A stretch of 63,099 nucleotides of DNA, counting the filler, from Basidiobolus ranarum (taxonomy: Eukaryota): assembly GCA_040143965.1 (NCBI GenBank). It is 34 parts of 34 records of this genome, joined end to end, with 100 filler letters (N's around TTAATTAATTAA, not from the genome) between each part and the next. Parts side by side here need not be neighbours in the genome. Positions count along the whole stretch, not along the records: positions 59,498 to 61,248 come from JASJQH010004411.1; positions 61,349 to 63,099 come from JASJQH010004412.1; 32 more parts are not named here. One strand, given 5' to 3'. Below are positions 59,498 to 63,099 of this stretch, piece by piece (the first letter of the stretch is position 1; each line of letters opens with the position of its first letter). Under the pieces are notes generated by a model. That model worked only from the letters and a program-made list of their open reading frames with translations. It was not told where the DNA came from and did not search any database. A program made the translations under genes and the position numbers.

Positions 59498-61248
59498 ATC
59501 CAGAATATGTGTACTTTAAGCACAGATCCACAGTACCTTTCAAATATCAGAAAATCAACTCAACTGCTTTGATTTGATCAGATCCATGGTTTTGAAGATA
59601 TTGGTACATAACTCCCACTAAATAAGCAATATCTGGCCATGTTTCAATCAAGAGATTTGTTGAGCCACGAACCATAGATTGATAGGAAGTTTCTGGCTTT
59701 CTTTTAAATCCAAGGACTTCTGATTTGCACTATTTTTGGTAAAGTTAAGATTTGTCTCCATTTGGGTAGATATTGAATTACATTCTCCCATTTCAAGCTT
59801 GGTTAGTATATCTAGGATATATTTAGACTAGTTTAAAGTTATTGTTTTGGTCATTATGTATATCTTAATTTGGATTCCAAGATAGTATGTTGGTTCACGA
59901 AGTTCAGTCATTTTAAATTTGGCAGAGAAGCTGGATTTGGTTCTCTCCAAAGTCTTTAAGTCATTGGTTGCTATAAAAGGGTCATCTACCTATGAGGCTA
60001 ATAAAACTAAGTTTGTCTTATTTGGCCTGAAATAGATACTATAGTCAGTATTACTCTTTTGGGATTTGAGTGTTTCCAAAAAAGCATCTATGTTGCTATT
60101 GCAAGCTCTAATAGATTATTTTAAGCCATGAAGTGTTTTCCAGAGTCTGCAAAGTACTTTAAGGTTTCCTGGGTCCAAAAATCCATCCGGCTGGTTGATA
60201 CAGATATCCTCAGCAAGTTTGTCACTCAAAAAAGCAGTTTTAAATTCTATTTGATGCATAATAAACTGATACTTAGCTAAAATTGCTATAATCAATTTAA
60301 TTGATATTACACTTTGCTATAGGAGCAAAAGTTTGTGTGTAATCTATTCCTAGTGCTTGGAAGTAGCCTTTGGCTAATAATCTAGCCTTGTACCTTTCTA
60401 TATTGCCTTCAGCATGATATTTAACTTTAAACTCCTGTCAGCAACCAACAATTTTCTATCATCAGTTAATTTGGTTAAAATCCAAGTTTAATTATCTAAC
60501 AAAGCCTTGTACTCATCAGCCATTGCAGATCTCCAAAAATTTGAGTGAGATCCTTTCAGGGCCTCTTTTACAGTCTGGGATTCTTGTATTTGAGCTGTGC
60601 AGGCATAGGCCTAATTTTGGGACTCACTGATGCAGTAACCAGGGCTATTTCTACTCCTATCTATTCTCCTGGTTGGGGATAAAGGAACTAAAGCTTCTAT
60701 CATTGTATTGGGCACTTCAATAGGCAGGATTCTGGTTGAAGGGTTTGCAGGAATGCTGTTTTCTTCATTGTTTTAGTTTGAATGAATTTGAATGATTGGA
60801 CCTGGAGAAACTTGATTTCTGTCATCATACAAGGTCATTTTGGGTGAAATTATTTTACTTTCATTAAACAAAACATCCCTGGACTTGATTAAGTTTGAGA
60901 TATTGGTATCATTAGGTCTATAGGTCTTGGTTTGAGCACAATAACCCCATAATATGCATTTCTTACTTTTGGGATCAAATTTAGACCAATTTTTAGTAAT
61001 AATTTTGACATAAGCAATGCATCCAATGATCCTCAAATGTTTTACATCAGGTTTAACTCCAAACCAAGCCTGATATGGTGTAGAGTTAGACAGACTTGTA
61101 GTAAAACTCCTATTCTTTGGATATTCTGCTCTAGCAACAGATTTGACCCAAAGGTTATAAGATACATTTTGTGCATTTATCATAGATTTTGCTATTTCTA
61201 TTATAGTTCTGTTAGCTCCTTCAGCAACTCCATTTTGTTGAGGTGAAT
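59498..61248 (-). mobile_element. Ty1/Copia pol (integrase end and RT), LTR-B family, decayed
   Basis: [55 protein letters not shown]; the contig start overlaps the sequence type at 33322-33428. Confidence 0.92.
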
Positions 61249-61348
61249 NNNNNNNNNNNNNNNNNNNNNNNNNNNNNNNNNNNNNNNNNNNNTTAATTAA
61301 TTAANNNNNNNNNNNNNNNNNNNNNNNNNNNNNNNNNNNNNNNNNNNN

Positions 61349-62075
61349 TTCTGGTAGACTACTTAGAAGAGTCATAATGACATCTTCTTCCTGTAAAGTT
61401 GCACCAATATTTTCCAGTTGTTTTGCCAAAGATCTCACATTTGCAATATGAGTAACCATACTTTCAGACTTTTCCATCTTTATATTGAAGAATTTTCGTC
61501 TGAGAAAGAGTCTATTTGCAAGACTCTTTGCTTCATCTGTGGGAGTAAAATGAGCTATCTTTGGGGCAATTTGGACGAGTTTGAAATTTCCAATATGTAA
61601 TTGCTAATTCTCACATAATTCACATATATATAAAATATATGTTCCGATTTGCAGCTAAGTGATATTTGACTAAATAATGTTGACTAACTAATATGTGATA
61701 TATGAAATAGTTAGGTGTATAAAGATAGTGATAACAAATATGATAAAGACAATAAACTTCAACACCTTAGTGGTGGCTGATTAGGTAGACACACACAGAT
61801 GATCCTGATGAATGCTTACTTGATTTGCTAGTTTTGATGTTTTTGGCCAAATTACTCATTGTGCAATATTTGATTAAATGGCCTGGTTTCTTGCAATACT
61901 TTCAGATGAGTGGTTTCCTATTAGGGGCACCATTTTTGAAGCCAGTTGCATTTTTTACAGCTCTAAAAAATGCTTGATCTGCATTATTTTGCTGAGAATT
62001 AGATCTCCTTGATTCCTCATTCAAAAGCCTGTCTCCAAATTCTTCAATACTTAAAAGCTGTGATCTAGATCTAGG
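61349..62075 (-). mobile_element. Copia gag pieces (including CCHC knuckle) with an LTR-A fragment at 61536-61764
   Basis: RLLNEESRR...KYCKKPGHLIKYC zinc knuckle; LAKQLENIGATLQEED. LTR-A start (reverse complement) ends TAAACTTCAACA. Confidence 0.78.
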
Positions 62076-62277
62076 GCAATTATCAGGTTCCCAAACCTCT
62101 ATGACAGGCTCCCAGTAGTGTCATGAATATGTCACCTACATTTAGAGGTGCTTCATGTTGAAATTAGATAAATAGCAACTCATTGCTTGGGAGTCAGTTT
62201 ATCCATAGTATGATTATTTAACACTCATTCCGCCATTCAAAAATGTGTGTAATTACTCTCAATGATAGAAATATCCA

Positions 62278-62655
62278 ATTGCTTCAGAATGCTGCTTTAA
62301 TTGCAATATTGCAGTGTTATTGCTTTTCATTGCCTATATAGCAGCTTTATAGTTTTTACTATTGATTGCATGCCAATTATTATGGTGTTCTGCCCAAGAT
62401 TCCCTTGTTGTAATAGTTCTGTCTAAATTGTATATGGAGGGGTGTTTGATAGTTGACAAAGTAGCTAGTTTGGAGGTTGATGGCCTTAAAAGTGTTTCTG
62501 TTAAACTTTGCTGAACTACTGATTTACTATGTAATTGGGGGATTAAGATCTCTTTGCTTGCAATATTGCTGGAAAGGACCACATTTGGTAAATTGATTAA
62601 TGCTTCATCATAACTTGAGTTAGTTTCCAGCATGTTACTGCCCTTCAAAGTAAAT
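62278..62655 (-). mobile_element. CACTA ORF2 fragment
   Basis: ORF 62334-62648 NMLETNSSYDEALINLPNV.. is homologous to 31230-31570. Confidence 0.78.
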
Positions 62656-63099
62656 TGTCATGATTCTGATCTTGGCATACTGATCCACTGCATATGGAAC
62701 TCTTCTATTATTAGATTATGACATCATATCTACTGTGCCATCCCTTCTTGGCAATCTGGTGTCAGTTCATCCAGATTACCTTATATGGAAGTCATGTTCT
62801 TTGGAACATTCCATGAAACCTGACCAATCATGTCATCCCACACATAGTGTATTTCCGCCAAGACCTTCCATGGAAGGTCACCTGATCATCCTTACATCAT
62901 CCTTGCATCATCCCTCTTTGTATTGGTCCTTGTAGTCCCTAACACCCCAACTCTCAAACTTGCCACAGTATATTCCCTATTCAGTATATTATGTTTCACC
63001 TTGCAATATCTATATAAGCACCATGTATTCCTTGATCAGACCTCAGTCTGATCAACACCAGTTATCAATAAAGATTCTTGCCAAAGTATCTTCCTTGTC
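62656..63099 (+). mobile_element. LTR-C (truncated by window end)
   Basis: TGTCATGATTCTGATCTTGGC start; aligns with 35824-36268. Confidence 0.9.

Overview
This window is not a continuous locus. It is 34 short contigs of about 1.75-1.77 kb, sorted by decreasing length and joined by artificial 100-nt spacers (N-run, TTAATTAATTAA, N-run), so nothing can be inferred across a spacer. The DNA is eukaryotic and fungal-like, with 65-90 nt GT-AG introns and chitin-related genes. A U12-type intron points to an early-diverging (non-Dikarya) fungus (inference). About three quarters of the contigs are decayed, strongly CpG-depleted, nested transposons. One CACTA/EnSpm (CMC) family occurs in 18 contigs; it has CCCTAACA termini and a divergent second ORF. 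Several Ty1/Copia and Ty3/Gypsy families (two with chromodomains), solo LTRs with intact 5-bp TSDs and a Harbinger/IS5-like fragment are also present. The CpG-normal contigs carry host genes: a cluster of 7 tRNAs, a CBM18 (hevein) secreted protein next to a chitin deacetylase 3' end, a UBE2S-like E2, HUB1/UBL5, ALDH, MIC26/27, a C2H2 transcription factor, a secreted lipocalin-like protein, pirin and HSP70. The most notable observations are the minor-spliceosome (U12) intron in HUB1, the reconstructable two-gene head-to-head CACTA element with an uncharacterised ORF2 of roughly 600 aa, the repeat-restricted CpG erosion, and an algal-type lipocalin. I found no convincing wholly new multi-gene system. 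Transposon fragment boundaries are approximate unless a TIR, LTR end or TSD is quoted.
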